DNA of 39,631 bases from Octopus bimaculoides. Its lineage: Eukaryota. The notes under the pieces were generated by a model that worked only from the letters and a program-made list of their open reading frames with translations, did not search any database and was not told where the DNA came from. Position 1 is the first letter of the stretch; every line of letters starts with the position of its first letter. Below, in pieces: positions 11,430-23,576 of the stretch. The DNA is taken from NCBI RefSeq assembly GCF_001194135.2, contig NC_068997.1:33669227-33708857 (forward strand). Reading direction: 5' to 3'. Both the position numbers and the translations under genes were made by a program.

Positions 11430-14163
11430 GGGTAACTGGGAATTCCTGTGGGATAACTTGCTGAGTGCCACAGACCAAATCTGTGGCTGGTGCAAAGTCC
11501 CTTCTAGACCTAGGATAACATGGTGGGGAAACAATACTGTAGACAGGGCTATTAGAGCAAAGAAACAGGCCTGGAAGGCCTAGAAGAGTGGGGGCAGCAG
11601 GAAATTGTATTAGATAGCCAGAAGGAAAGCTAGGAGACAAGTATATCTAACCGAGGGAGAAGCAGAAAAGAAGTTTGCCTTTGTTCAGCGCCATGAGGAC
11701 CAACGAACTGAAGTATTTCGGATTGCAAGACAATGTGTGAGAGAAAATTGTGATGTCACAGGTGATTAATGTGTCTGCATGGATGATGGTGCACTTGCTT
11801 TTAACGAGTCTGCGCAGAAAGAGGCTTGGAGATGCCATTATGAAAGGCTGATGAACGTGGAGAATGAATGGGAGGAGAAAAGTCTGCCAAATGTTGACCC
11901 AACAGAGCGACCAGATATTCGAATTGACAGTACCCTGATAGATAAAGCAATTAAGGATATGAAGACAGGAAAAGCCGCCTGGCCTATCAGGAATCACCAC
12001 TGAGGTGCTTAAAATATCTGGCAGTGTGGGTTATGATCTAGTCACCTGTATTGTGAATCAGGTGGTTCATGAAAGAGTCACACACAATGACTGGTGTAGC
12101 AGCTCCATAGTCAACTGCTGCAAAGGTAAAGGCGATGCCTTAGATAGAAATAATTACAGTGGTATCAAATTGTTGGATCAGGTGATGAAAGTTATGGAGA
12201 GAGTCATAGCCCAACTAAGGGAGAGAGTTAGTCTAAATGAGATACAGTTTGGGTTTGTGCCAGGTCGAAGCACTACTGATGCTATATTTCTGGTAAGGCA
12301 ACTGCAGGAGAAATACCTAGCCAAAGATAAACCTCTGTACTTGGCTTTTATTGACTTTGAGAAAGCTTTTGACAGAGTCCCCCGATCCCTTATCTGGTGG
12401 TCAATGCAGAAACTAGGAGTAGACAAGTGATTGGTAGAGCTGTACAAGCCTTTTACAGGGACATCATGAATAGGATGAGGGCGGGCAATGAGTACAGCAA
12501 AGAATTCAGGGTACAAGTAGGGGTTCATTAAGGATCGGTGCTCAGTCCCGTCTTGTTCATCATAGTCTTCCAGGCAATAACTGAGAAATTCAAGACAGGC
12601 TACCCCTGGGAGCTCCTTTATACTGATGACCTCGCTCTTATAGCTGAATCACTACATGAACTAGAGAAGAAGTTTCAGGTATGGAAGCAAGGTCTAGAAT
12701 CAAAGGGCCTTAAGGTTAACCTAGCGAAAACCAAAGTCATAGTAAGTAGGAAGGGAGACAAATCACAAATCCCCTCAATCTGTAGAAAAGGAGTAGGTAG
12801 AAATTCCATAAGATGTACCCAGTATAAACTTTGGATACACAAAAGGTGCAGCGACATCAAAGGAAGGTTGACAGAGAAACTATCCTTTGTATGTTGGAGG
12901 TGTACAAGGCATAATAAATGCTGAACGTGTGCGGAAAATAGACTCCATTAACTACCAAGGGGGCAAGCTAGAGGCAGTAGATACCTTCTGTTATCAAGGT
13001 GACAAGGTTAGTAGCGGAGGTGGATGTTCTGAGAGTGTAGCTGTGAGAATAAGATTAGGTTGGGCAAAGTTCGGAGAGCTCCTAACCCTGCTGGCAACAA
13101 AGGACCTCTCTCTGAGTGACAGGTAGATTGTTTGATGCCTGTGTGCAAACAGCTATGCTAGACAGCAGTGAAACATGGGCTGTGACAGCCAAGGACATGC
13201 GTAGGCTTGAAAGAAATGAAGGCAGTATGCTTCGTTGGATGTACAGTGCCAGTATGCATGTTCAACAGAGTGTAAGCATCTTGAGAGAAAAGTTAGGCAT
13301 AAGAGGAACCAGATGTAGTGTGCAAGGGAGGCGACTGCGCTGCTATGGTCATGTGATGCGTATGGACGAGGACAGCTGTGTAAAGAAGTGCTGATCTTTA
13401 ACTGTGGAAGGAACCTATGTTAGAGGTAGACCCAGGAAGACATGGGACGAGGTAGTGAAGCATGATCTTTGAACCTTGAACCTCACAGAGGCAATGACTA
13501 GTGACCGAGACCTTTGGTGATGTGCTCTGCTTAAGAGGACTTGTCAAGCTAAACACAACCATGCTGGTGGTACATAAGAAAATTAACCTTGAATGTTGGG
13601 CGTCATGGAGGCAAGGTAGCTGAGTTCGATTTGAGTGTTGGGCCTGGGCCTCACGGAGGCAAAGCGGCTGAGTTCTTTTCAAGCATTGGGCCTCATGGAG
13701 GCTAGTGGCTGAGTTCCTTTCTAGTGTTGGACTTCACGGAGGCAGGGTGGCTGAGTTCCTTTGAGCTTTGGGCCTTATGGAGGCAAATGGCTGAGTCCAT
13801 TTCAAGTGTTGGGCCTCACAGAGGCAAGGTGGCTGAGTTCTTTTCGAGTGTTGGGCCTTATGGAAGCAACGACCAAGACCTTTGGCATTATGTCGTGCTT
13901 GGGAAGAAGACCCATAAAGCTGAGCAAAATCACAGTCGTGGTAGATATTAGTGTCACACAAATAGGACCTGTGCTGGTGGCACGTAAAAACACCCATTAC
14001 ACTTTTGGAGTGGTTGGCGTTAGAAAGGGCATCCAGTCATAGAAAGCCATGCCAAATCAGACTGGAGTCTGGTGCAGCCTTCCAGTGTGACAGCCCAGTC
14101 AAACCATCCAACCTATGCCAGCATGGACAACGGACATTAAATGATGATGATGATGATGATGAT
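11430..14163 (+). mobile_element. 5'-truncated RTE-clade LINE, RT pseudogene plus 3' UTR
   Basis: Broken ORF with NYSGIKLL, QFGFVPGRSTTDAIF, FIDFEKAFDRVPR, QGSVLSP-like region, LLYTDDL (YADD variant) and LRCYGHVMRM. Many stops and frameshifts; ends in (GAT)n. Confidence 0.92.
13593..13870 (+). repeat. Tandem array, ~7 copies of a ~40-43 bp unit (GTGTTGGGCCTCACGGAGGCAAGGTGGCTGAGTTCCTTT..)
   Basis: Direct reading. Degenerate units are contiguous, with no unique spacers. Confidence 0.85.
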
Positions 14164-14559
14164 ATATGTATATATATACTAGTGGGACCTATGGAAATTC
14201 CATGGAATGGAAAAAATTAAGAGGACCTATTTAAGGGAGGGAGGATGATTTGCATTTTTATAGCATTCTTAATCAAGCTTTCTTTAAATATTCTTGACGT
14301 TCGTCTACATTCATTTCCTCATGTCTCTGTCAGTGTTGGCTTTTACCTCTTTTTATTATATTTTCTCGCTGTTTCTCTCTGATCCATGCTCTATATCTGC
14401 GCATTCTCTCTGAGGCATCTTGCAAACATGTTTCTTGTGAATCCAGAGTTTAGGTTAAATTAACCCTTATAAACAAATATCAATTTTTTATGTGAGTAGA
14501 CGATAAATAATTGCAATTATAAAAAAAAATTAGCTCAATATGAAAAACTACTTTTCACT

Positions 14560-14920
14560 ATCAACACACCACCACCACCATCACTATCTGCCTCTTTCTC
14601 TCTCTCTCTCTGAATATAACTGCCTCCCCTGTCCATCTCTCTCTATCCACCTTTTCCTTCAGCTAACTTTTTAACCATGTAATAAGCATTCCTTCCCCAC
14701 GCCACTGCACGTTGTTAACACTTCTCTCTCCCTCTTTTTCTCTCATTCTTCACTTCTACCTTCAGCTGAGCATGTGACCATTTGGCCCAAGTGTATTAGT
14801 ATAAATCACCTTTCTCGACTTCTTCCTCTCATCTTTCTTTACTGTTCTCTCCTCTCTTTCTCTCTCTCTCTCTCTCTCACACTTACTCCACCTCACTCAC
14901 TCCACCCCCACCTCTCTAAC
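14560..14920. repeat. Polypyrimidine (CT-rich) low-complexity tract
   Basis: Direct reading. Confidence 0.7.
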
Positions 14921-14967
14921 TAATGTATAATGGGCAAATGAACAAGCAGATTATTATATATGTGTAT

Positions 14968-15365
14968 GAGTGTGTGTGTGTGTGTGTGTGTGTGTCCTTA
15001 TGTCTGTGTTTGTCCCCTCTCCCACTACTTGACAACTGATATTGGTGTGTTTACATCCCTGTAACTGAGCAGTTTGGCAAAAGGGACCAATAGAATAAAT
15101 ACCAGGCTTAACAAAAACATAAGTACTGGGGATGATAAATTCAACTAAAGATTCTTCAAGATACAGCCCCAGCATGGCCACAGTCTAATGACTGAGACAG
15201 AAAAACAAGAGAAACACTGCCTATCCGTCTGTGTGTAATTTCCATCTACCAAATTTGCTCATAAGTCACTGGTCAGCTGGAATTATTGTAGTAAAAGACA
15301 CTGTTTGGAGTGCTATGTAGTAGGAATGAACCAGAAACTGGCAAACTTCTTGTCCACACAGCCAT
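14968..15365. mobile_element. Two SINE family 1 pieces in opposite orientation (3' half on +, ~14968-15205; 5' half on -, ~15215-15365)
   Basis: ...CCCCAGCATGGCCACAGTCTAATGACTGA on +, followed by TTTCCATCTACCAAA...CACACAGCCA, the reverse of the head. Confidence 0.65.
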
Positions 15366-15477
15366 ATCTGTGCCATGCATGTATTTATTGTATGTTTGAG
15401 TTGTGTGTGATGGAGAGAAAGAACCCATGACTGGGTGGAGTTAGTGTGTTAAGATACTTTGAGCTGATGTAGATATG

Positions 15478-15516
<39 letters not shown>

Positions 15517-15617
15517 GAGTACAGTCCTACTTGTCAACGTGTCATGTCTAAATATTTCGTGGTGAGGTTGTATTAAAATGTGAAAACTCAAGCAAAAGAT
15601 AACAGAAAGAAAAGTAA

Positions 15618-15737
<120 letters not shown>

Positions 15738-16671
15738 TGAGTATCCCTGCTACTTCTGTCATTCAGTATTGATAATGTACATTTGTTAGAAAAATCCCTT
15801 GATCTGTTGGCCTCTGTTAAACTCTGGATGAGTAGTTGGTTCTAGCTACAACATTTGTAATATATAAACATTATGCACTTTTTTTTTCTAATAGTTTAGT
15901 TGACCTTTATAAATTGTTTAAGATGGTGAGATTGATGCAGTTGATAGTTGTCAATGACAGAAGGAAAAACGTAGGTGAAGAGGGAATTCTAGAGTTCTGA
16001 TGCTCTGGGAGGAGACTTGGGGAAAAACGTTTTATGCAGGTTCCGAGGGAAGTTGGGGAGATAGTATGAGTGCAAGAAAATAACATCAGAATAGTGTATT
16101 TTGCACCAAAAGCCAATATGAGAGTTTCTCTCATGGTATCTATCTCAGTATAGTTTGTTCTAACAGAACATCCACATTTAAGTGGGGATAAATATTAAAA
16201 GCGTCCCATTATCATCGTAGAGTAATTCATCTTTTAAGGTCTGTTAGACAGATCTACAATATAGCATTGTTTTCTTGTTACACTTTATCACATTTATGAG
16301 ACAACAAAAAAGATGAAACAATATTGCAATTCAACTCTGCATTCCCCAAACAACACATGTCTTATTAGGGCAGGTGCAACAGTCCTCCTCTTCCCACCAA
16401 ATTACTCTTACTTCACACTTACATACCACAATTATTTGGCAAACGGTTTCCCACCTTTTCTCACCCACCTGCTAATTATCATCATAAACCACATCCTTAT
16501 CAATAAAGGAAACAAAATGACTTTTACAAACTTCAAATATGTAGAAACAGAACCAAAAATTTTAGATTTCAGCAACATGACAGTCATTAACAAAGATACT
16601 ATTGTTACATACATTCAACAAAACAATTACAGATACAGCTAAAAAAAAACATATCACACAAAACAACATTG

Positions 16672-16753
16672 AAAATACAATCATATTCACATACAGAAAT
16701 AACCAACTTCACAAAATACAATCATATTCACATACAGAAATAACCAACTTCAC
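16672..16753. repeat. Perfect 41 bp tandem duplication
   Basis: AAAATACAATCATATTCACATACAGAAATAACCAACTTCAC twice. Confidence 0.9.
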
Positions 16754-17529
16754 AAAATTGATAGAAAATATATAAAGCTTAAACACAATATACCAAAAAC
16801 TACAGATAACTGAAATAAAGTCAACATCGAACAACTAAACAAACAAATAACAATAACAAAAGTAATAAATTATAGGAAAACAGAAAACTGACAAATATTT
16901 AGTGAACATACTCTACAAAACCAACAGTAAAATACTATATAGAGTAATTTGTGCGATATTTATTACAAATTATTATTCGTCACTGTTTAGTGGATGTTGA
17001 CAGTTATGCCCCTTTGTGCGGGAAGTTCTGTTCACTGCTGTAACTGTTAATGCTTAGATATCAAGTTTCCACTGATATCAATGTTAGATATCAACTCTCC
17101 TAAAAAAAAGAAAGGTACAGCTGAGTTTGAATAATTGATTTGTCTCTTATGCCTGATACAATATCAAGCAACTTAACCACTAGTACATTTATTTCACAAT
17201 ATTTAGCATCTACAATAACAGTCACATGACATTCAATGTCACAATAACAACTTCATATAATATACCTATATGGTAACATCACACAAGCACCCTTATCAGG
17301 TTTTTCTCAAAATTGAACTCCTGGTAACCATATGAAAAATCCAAGAACAGAAGACAAAAATATGCATTGTCCATCCAAAATAGGATTTTGATTCCTTCAT
17401 TACATCAGACACTCGAGAAAGAAATCTAAAATTCCAAAAGTCTCAAGGCCAAGCAAAATCATAAAACATACACCTAAAACACCGAAGGTTTGAAAGAACC
17501 ACTACTGTCAGCTACATCTGCTAGTATTT

Positions 17530-17700
17530 GTATCAACATTGTAAAATTCTCAGATCCTGGAAGCTGGTCAAAATTTTCTCAATTTTGAACTGCACTGAAA
17601 ATTGAAGTGATGTAACATCATACAGATGCATCAACCTTCTCTGCACATTCTCAAAACTTCTAGAAAGACTAACCCATTACATCATACATCCATATATATT
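17530..17700 (+). pseudogene. Ancient LINE reverse-transcriptase fragment (CR1/L2/Jockey type)
   Basis: Translates as RSWKLVKIFSIL...SYRCINLLCTFSKLLERL, resembling WK.A.V.PI.K...NYRPISLL..FSK.LER. Confidence 0.55.
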
Positions 17701-17824
17701 CTTCTGTAAAAACGACACAAATTCACTCTGCTATACCGAATCCCCAATGCAGAAAATACATATTGTCTTTAATAAAAGAAAAGAAGAGAAAACTCACTTG
17801 TATATTTGTATCATACATCGTCAC

Positions 17825-17874
17825 CATCACCATCACCACCACCACCACCGGTGGTGGTGGTGGTGATGGTGATG
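17825..17874. repeat. Perfect 50 bp palindrome with no spacer
   Basis: CATCACCATCACCACCACCACCACC|GGTGGTGGTGGTGGTGATGGTGATG, checked base by base. Confidence 0.95.
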
Positions 17875-18799
17875 TGCCCCTTGGATATACGAGGGGCACA
17901 GTTTATTACTGCAACAAGCTTCAACCTTAATAATACCTATCACAACATGAAAAATCACTGCCAAACATCCCAGACATGACATCCAGGAGCTCTGCTACAA
18001 TAGTCTAAAAATACTATGTATCCTACTCAATCAGTATGGTTAGAGAAATAAATCTATTATCAGACCTCATTATTTGGCTGAGTACTTTTGTGCCTAGGAC
18101 TATTGGATTAAGATGACTTGGGGCTATACAATGACAGCATCTTGAGTGTACTAGGACTGCTTAATCTGGGCAGATCTGGGGTTACATAAGAACAACAATT
18201 GAAATAGCCACCACATGGCTATACATTTAAGTAATCCCCATATAGCGACACAATATGAACCAAGGAGTGAGTCTCTATGCTTGCTCTATTGGAAATAGCC
18301 TACCTGAACATGTGAGAAATGCAGTTCCCTGAATTCATATTCTTCCATCCCTTAGAAAATAAAGACTCTTTTATGAACTAAATGTATGGTGCTTGATATT
18401 ATATCTGGTATAAGAGATTACCCAACAACACCTGGTCAGGACATAAATAGCTAGAATCAATTACGGTGTTGAAGATAAGGAATGTAACTGTCAACATTCA
18501 GCTGGAAGTGAAAACTATTAATTTGTTAAATGGTTCCACATTCTTCCCCACTCTTCTGACATTTCTTGAGGAGCCTGGTTATAGTTCTACCACCAGTGCA
18601 TCTTATAAATTCTACTCAATCAGTGACTGATATAGGTATTAGTAGCAGTAGTGACATATGGCTGATCATGAGGATATGGCTACTGAAGGGTTTTGCTGTA
18701 ATCTCCAGCATTGATGCTGACTGGATTGATAGAAGAGCTAACATGGTGTTAATATCAGAGCAGTTCCAAATACAGCAATCTCTATTACTTAGGATAGAG

Positions 18800-19082
18800 C
18801 AGGGATGAGCAACTTTTCATTAGCTGGGGGCTGCATCGTACCATTTCCATGTGGGAGAGGGCTGCATGATAAAACACATACATAAAATATTACTTGCCCA
18901 CTTTACACTGAATTTTTAGCAGTTCTTAATTTTATCTGTCTTAGTACGAAAGTTTATTTGTCTTAGTATGAAATCTTATTTGTCTTAGTATGAAATCTTA
19001 TTTGTCTTAGTATGAAATTAGTAACCTAGAAATTTGTCGAGGACTGCACAACATGTTGAGGGCCACAGGTTGCCCATGTATA
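18800..19082. mobile_element. hAT-type MITE with internal 22 bp tandem repeats
   Basis: CAGGGATGAGCAAC ... GTTGCCCATGTATA imperfect TIRs. 8 bp TSD GGATAGAG/GGACAGAG. TTATTTGTCTTAGTATGAAATC about four times at 18932-19018. Confidence 0.7.
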
Positions 19083-19188
19083 GGACAGAGCATAGCTCTT
19101 GTTGTTGGTGCCCAGGTCTGTATCACATGTATATATATATCCTATATTAAAGTGCTCTGTAGAATATAACATTGCACTGATATGTTAG

Positions 19189-19401
<213 letters not shown>

Positions 19402-19779
19402 TGAAAATATTGATATTGCTGTTTTGTAGTATTGATGGTTTTGAAATGGTTGAACATGTGGGAACTGTATGGATGATTGCAGACAGCAGTTTCGAAGGGA
19501 GCACTTTCAGTTGAAAATATTTAGTAATGGATGTTAAATGATGATGATGATGGTTGCGGTGGCAGTGGCGCTGCTACTACTACTATTTACTAGAATTTTC
19601 ATGGATTTATGTTTTCCATTACATGCCTATAATCCAGTTTTTAGGGACTGAAAAACATGGAAAATTACATAAGATGAATCTGATAATCTAGTTTATAATT
19701 TATTGTGGTTTACAATGGATAGTGAAAAAACCACGAAAGGCTGACAAATCTCATGCAGGATATTACATATTGGTTTAAA

Positions 19780-19984
19780 TTTTTGGCACAAGGCCAGCAA
19801 TTTCGAGGTAGCAGTAAGTCAATTACATCAACCCCAGTACTCAACTGGTACTTATTTTATTGATCCTGAAAGGATGAAAGGCAAAGTTGACCTTGGCGGA
19901 ATTTGAACTCAGAATGTAAAGATGGATGAAATTCTGCTAAGCATTTGCCCAGCATGCTAATGAGTCTGCCAACACACTGCCTTA
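19780..19984 (-). mobile_element. SINE family 2
   Basis: Homologous to 3150-3328. Confidence 0.78.
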
Positions 19985-20520
19985 TGGGATATTACATATT
20001 GAATGTACTCTAATGCTGTTGTTCCCTTCACACTGATCTAATCATTCACAAATGAACAGGAAAAATTCAGAACATTGCTAACCTTGTGACTATAGAGTGT
20101 TGTTATTTGATAAAGATAGTATTGTCAAGGTGATGGAAAATGTGCCTGCTATCAGTTGACTTGTGCTGAAAATTCAATCATTGGTGAAGGGATTGATTAC
20201 AGATCACGAACATGGAATATAGTGAAGCCATGCATAACCTCTCAGTTGAGTAGTTTCATTCAATGAAGATTATTGAGTGTGTTGAATTTTGACTTATTGG
20301 ATTGTATCTTAGTTATGTTTATTATGTTTACTCATACAGTTCTGGACAGAAGTAAATATGAGGCTAGTGTGAGTGAAACTGGTACAAATACAACAACCAC
20401 ACAATTACTGAATGATAGATTTGGGTCCAACAGATTTGCCTGTATGGTATTCACAGATTCAACTTGTGACATTTTTATATCTAAGGAACTTTTCTCTTTA
20501 CATAAACTTATTTATTTGAG

Positions 20521-20800
20521 GCATGTGTGTGTGGCTGTGTAGGAAGAATTTTGCTTCCCAACCACACAGTTTCAGGTACAGCCCCACTGTGTCTTCTATA
20601 GCTTTGGGCCTACCAAAGCTTTGTGTGTGTCTGTGTTTGTCCCCCACCACTGCATGACAACTGGTGCTGGTGTGTTTACATCTCCATAACTTAGTGGTTC
20701 AGCAAAAGAGACTGATAAAATAAGTACCAGGCTTAAAACGAAAATAAGTAGTGAGGCCCCAGCATGGCCACAGTCTAATGACTGAAACAAGTAAAAGATA
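20521..20800 (+). mobile_element. SINE family 1, internally deleted
   Basis: GTGGCTGTGTAGGAAGAATTTTGCTTCCCAACCAC head; CCCCAGCATGGCCACAGTCTAATGACTGAAACAAGTAAAAG tail. Confidence 0.75.
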
Positions 20801-20818
20801 AAAGGGGAAAGGTATCTA

Positions 20819-21879
20819 TTGGGTCGTCTCATAAATAATGCGGATTTTTCAATTGTATGAACTAAAAGTCAGAGGAGGATGGGATAAACTACCTGCATCA
20901 ATTTGCTATAAAAGCAGGTAGTAATTTTACCTTTGTACTTATTCGTAGTGCAAGTTTTGAAGAGTGCAGTTCGATTTTAATTTATTTTTTCAAAGCAATA
21001 ATGGAAGTGACAAAAAAGCTTATTCAGTATATTTTGCTTTAGGAGTTAAATTAAGGCAACAATGCAATGGAAAGTGCAAGGAATATTAATGCAGTATATG
21101 GGGATTGGACAATATGCATAAGTCAATGTCAACAGTGGGTCCAGAAATTTTGAGCCAGAAACTACAGCCTAGAAGATGAGCCTCATATAAGAAGATCTGT
21201 AGAGCTTTTGGACTGAATAGTGGCTGGTGACAAGCAGTGGGTTCTCTATAAAAATGTCAAGCACCAAAGACAGTGGGTAGGGAAAGGAGAAACACTGGCA
21301 CTCCAGGCTAAAAAAAGTCTTCACCCACATAAGGTATTGTTATCTTTTTGGTGGGATGCGAAAGGTTTAGTCTACTTTGAACTGTTAAACCCAAACCAAA
21401 CAATAACAAAGGAGATCTACTGCAAGCAGCTTGAGCGGCTTAAGTCAGGGCTAGAAGGAAAACGACCATCTTTGGTTTCAAGACAAAAGGTGGTCTTCCA
21501 TCAGGATAATGTTTGGCCACATACAGCGAGGATGACATTCTAAAGGCTGGAGTAGTTTCAATGGGAAACAGTGCCCCACCCATGACATTCACTGGACATT
21601 GCCCCATCTGATTATCATTTATTCTGCAGTCTTCAAAATCATTTGGATGGAAAAAATATGAATTCTGTAGACGAAGTCAGAACAGTACTGGAGGAGTATT
21701 TTTTGTCACGGACAAGTGAATTTTGGAAGAAGAACCTTGCAAATCTACCAGATAGATGGAAGAGCATTGTAGAAAAGGAAGGAGAGTATATTTTAGATTA
21801 AAAAAGAACTTCGTTTATCTTAATTTTCAAAAGTAAAAGAAGTATAAAAAAAAGCACGTTATTTATGGGATGACCCCAT
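20819..21879 (+). mobile_element. Mariner (DD34D) transposon, internally deleted
   Basis: TA|TTGGGTCGTCTCATAAATAATG ... CGTTATTTATGGGATGACCCCA|TA TIRs and TSD. Motifs ARNINAVYGD, GDKQWVLYKN, LSFWWD, HQDNVWPH, IAPSDYHLF. The WVPHEL segment is missing. Confidence 0.9.
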
Positions 21880-22058
21880 ATTTATTTTTTACTTCAAGAG
21901 TGATATCTAGCATGTTCTTTTTGTTGTATTTACTGTCACCCATTGTTCTTTGTGTATGTGGATTTTTTTACTTGTAATTGCTTCACTATTACTTTAAAGT
22001 TTGCTGTTAGCATTTCCTCTTTACATTAATCTATTTATCTATTTATTTTTACTTTAAG

Positions 22059-22116
22059 TGTAAAGCACGAAATGAAATTCTTGCTAATGCTGGTAGTATT
22101 TCCCATCATCATGGAG
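22059..22116 (+). CDS. AGPS: AGPS exon, CKARNEILANAGSISHHHG (HHH loop)
   Basis: Acceptor ctttaag, donor gtaagt, 58 nt. Carries SHHHG, equivalent to human H615-H617. Confidence 0.95.
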
Positions 22117-22320
22117 GTAAGTACTCTTACTTCTTTGTGTGTATTGCAGTGCAATGGTGTATGACAGTGAGAAAAGCACTCATTATACTCTGTAAAGTGG
22201 TTGGGATCGGGGCAAGTGTCTTCTACTATAGCCTTGGACTAACCAAAGCTTTGTGAGTGCATTTTGTATACTGAAACTGAAAGAAGCCTGACGTTCATGT
22301 GTATATATATATGTGTATAT

Positions 22321-22501
22321 GGAGTAAATGGAGCAAGACCACATGAAAATAAGTGTCGCTGAAGAGGTCACAGATGTGTGATGAAAGATTTCCGGACAAT
22401 AGACATGAGTTAAAATAATAAAATAAGAACAGTAATAAATGAATGAAGAAGAAATATATAGTGTGTGTGTTTATTTGGCAAAAAAAAAAAAAAATTACCA
22501 T
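22321..22501 (+). repeat. Left arm of ~180 bp inverted repeat, with hammerhead-like motif
   Basis: Reverse complement of 23577-23760, apart from about five substitutions and a 3 bp indel. Confidence 0.9.
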
Positions 22502-22607
22502 GATAGATTGCTGACCACTACACACATTTTTTCTCTCTCCTTTTTGTTTCTCTCCTTTTTTTTTCTCTCCTTTTTTTTTCCTCTCCTTGTTTCTCTCCTT
22601 GTTTCTT

Positions 22608-22725
22608 TCCGTAGGCTCGAAACGTTGAAGACTTTCTCAGTTTCTGAGTGTTATATATCTATTTGTTTTCAACACCACCTGTCTTCGTCTGTTGCTTTTT
22701 GTGAATTCTCCCTATATATATACTC
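22608..22725 (+). mobile_element. Penelope-like terminal repeat fragment
   Basis: GTAGGCTCGAAACG...ACTTTCTCA...TGTCTTCGTCT...AATTCTC.CTATA, homologous to 33215-33330. The PLE assignment is inference from the CGAAACG ribozyme-like half. Confidence 0.45.
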
Positions 22726-22729
22726 TTTT

Positions 22730-23001
22730 ACTCTTTTACTTGTTTCAGTCTTTTGACTGTGGCCATGCTGGAGCACCGCCTTTAGTCGAGCAAATCGACC
22801 CCAGGACTTATTCTTTGGAAGCCTAGAACTTATTCTTTCGGTCTCTTTTGCCGAACCGCTAAGTTACGGGGACATAAACACACCAGCATCGGTTGTCAAG
22901 CGATGTTGGGGGGACAAACACAGACATACAAACACATACACACATACATATATATATATACATATATACGACAGGCTTCTTTCAGTTTCCGTCTACCAAA
23001 T
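22730..23001 (-). mobile_element. SINE family 1, running into gap
   Basis: GACTGTGGCCATGCTGGAGCACCGCCTTTAGTCGAGCAAATCGACCCCAGG..., homologous to 1461-1833. Confidence 0.8.
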
Positions 23002-23576
23002 NNNNNNNNNNNNNNNNNNNNNNNNNNNNNNNNNNNNNNNNNNNNNNNNNNNNNNNNNNNNNNNNNNNNNNNNNNNNNNNNNNNNNNNNNNNNNNNNNNN
23101 NNNNNNNNNNNNNNNNNNNNNNNNNNNNNNNNNNNNNNNNNNNNNNNNNNNNNNNNNNNNNNNNNNNNNNNNNNNNNNNNNNNNNNNNNNNNNNNNNNNN
23201 NNNNNNNNNNNNNNNNNNNNNNNNNNNNNNNNNNNNNNNNNNNNNNNNNNNNNNNNNNNNNNNNNNNNNNNNNNNNNNNNNNNNNNNNNNNNNNNNNNNN
23301 NNNNNNNNNNNNNNNNNNNNNNNNNNNNNNNNNNNNNNNNNNNNNNNNNNNNNNNNNNNNNNNNNNNNNNNNNNNNNNNNNNNNNNNNNNNNNNNNNNNN
23401 NNNNNNNNNNNNNNNNNNNNNNNNNNNNNNNNNNNNNNNNNNNNNNNNNNNNNNNNNNNNNNNNNNNNNNNNNNNNNNNNNNNNNNNNNNNNNNNNNNNN
23501 NNNNGTATGTTGGAGAAGCAGGCTACTGCTAATCCCTATATATTTATGATTATATATCATCATCATCATCTTCGGG

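Noticed and set aside
13593-13870. CRISPR-like appearance of the ~42 bp repeats
   Set aside because: Units are contiguous and degenerate with no unique spacers, the context is a eukaryotic LINE UTR, and there are no cas genes.
16313-16642. 109 aa ORF as a nested gene in an AGPS intron
   Set aside because: A/C-biased sequence with no recognisable domain. More likely decayed LINE upstream of the RT remnant at 17530.
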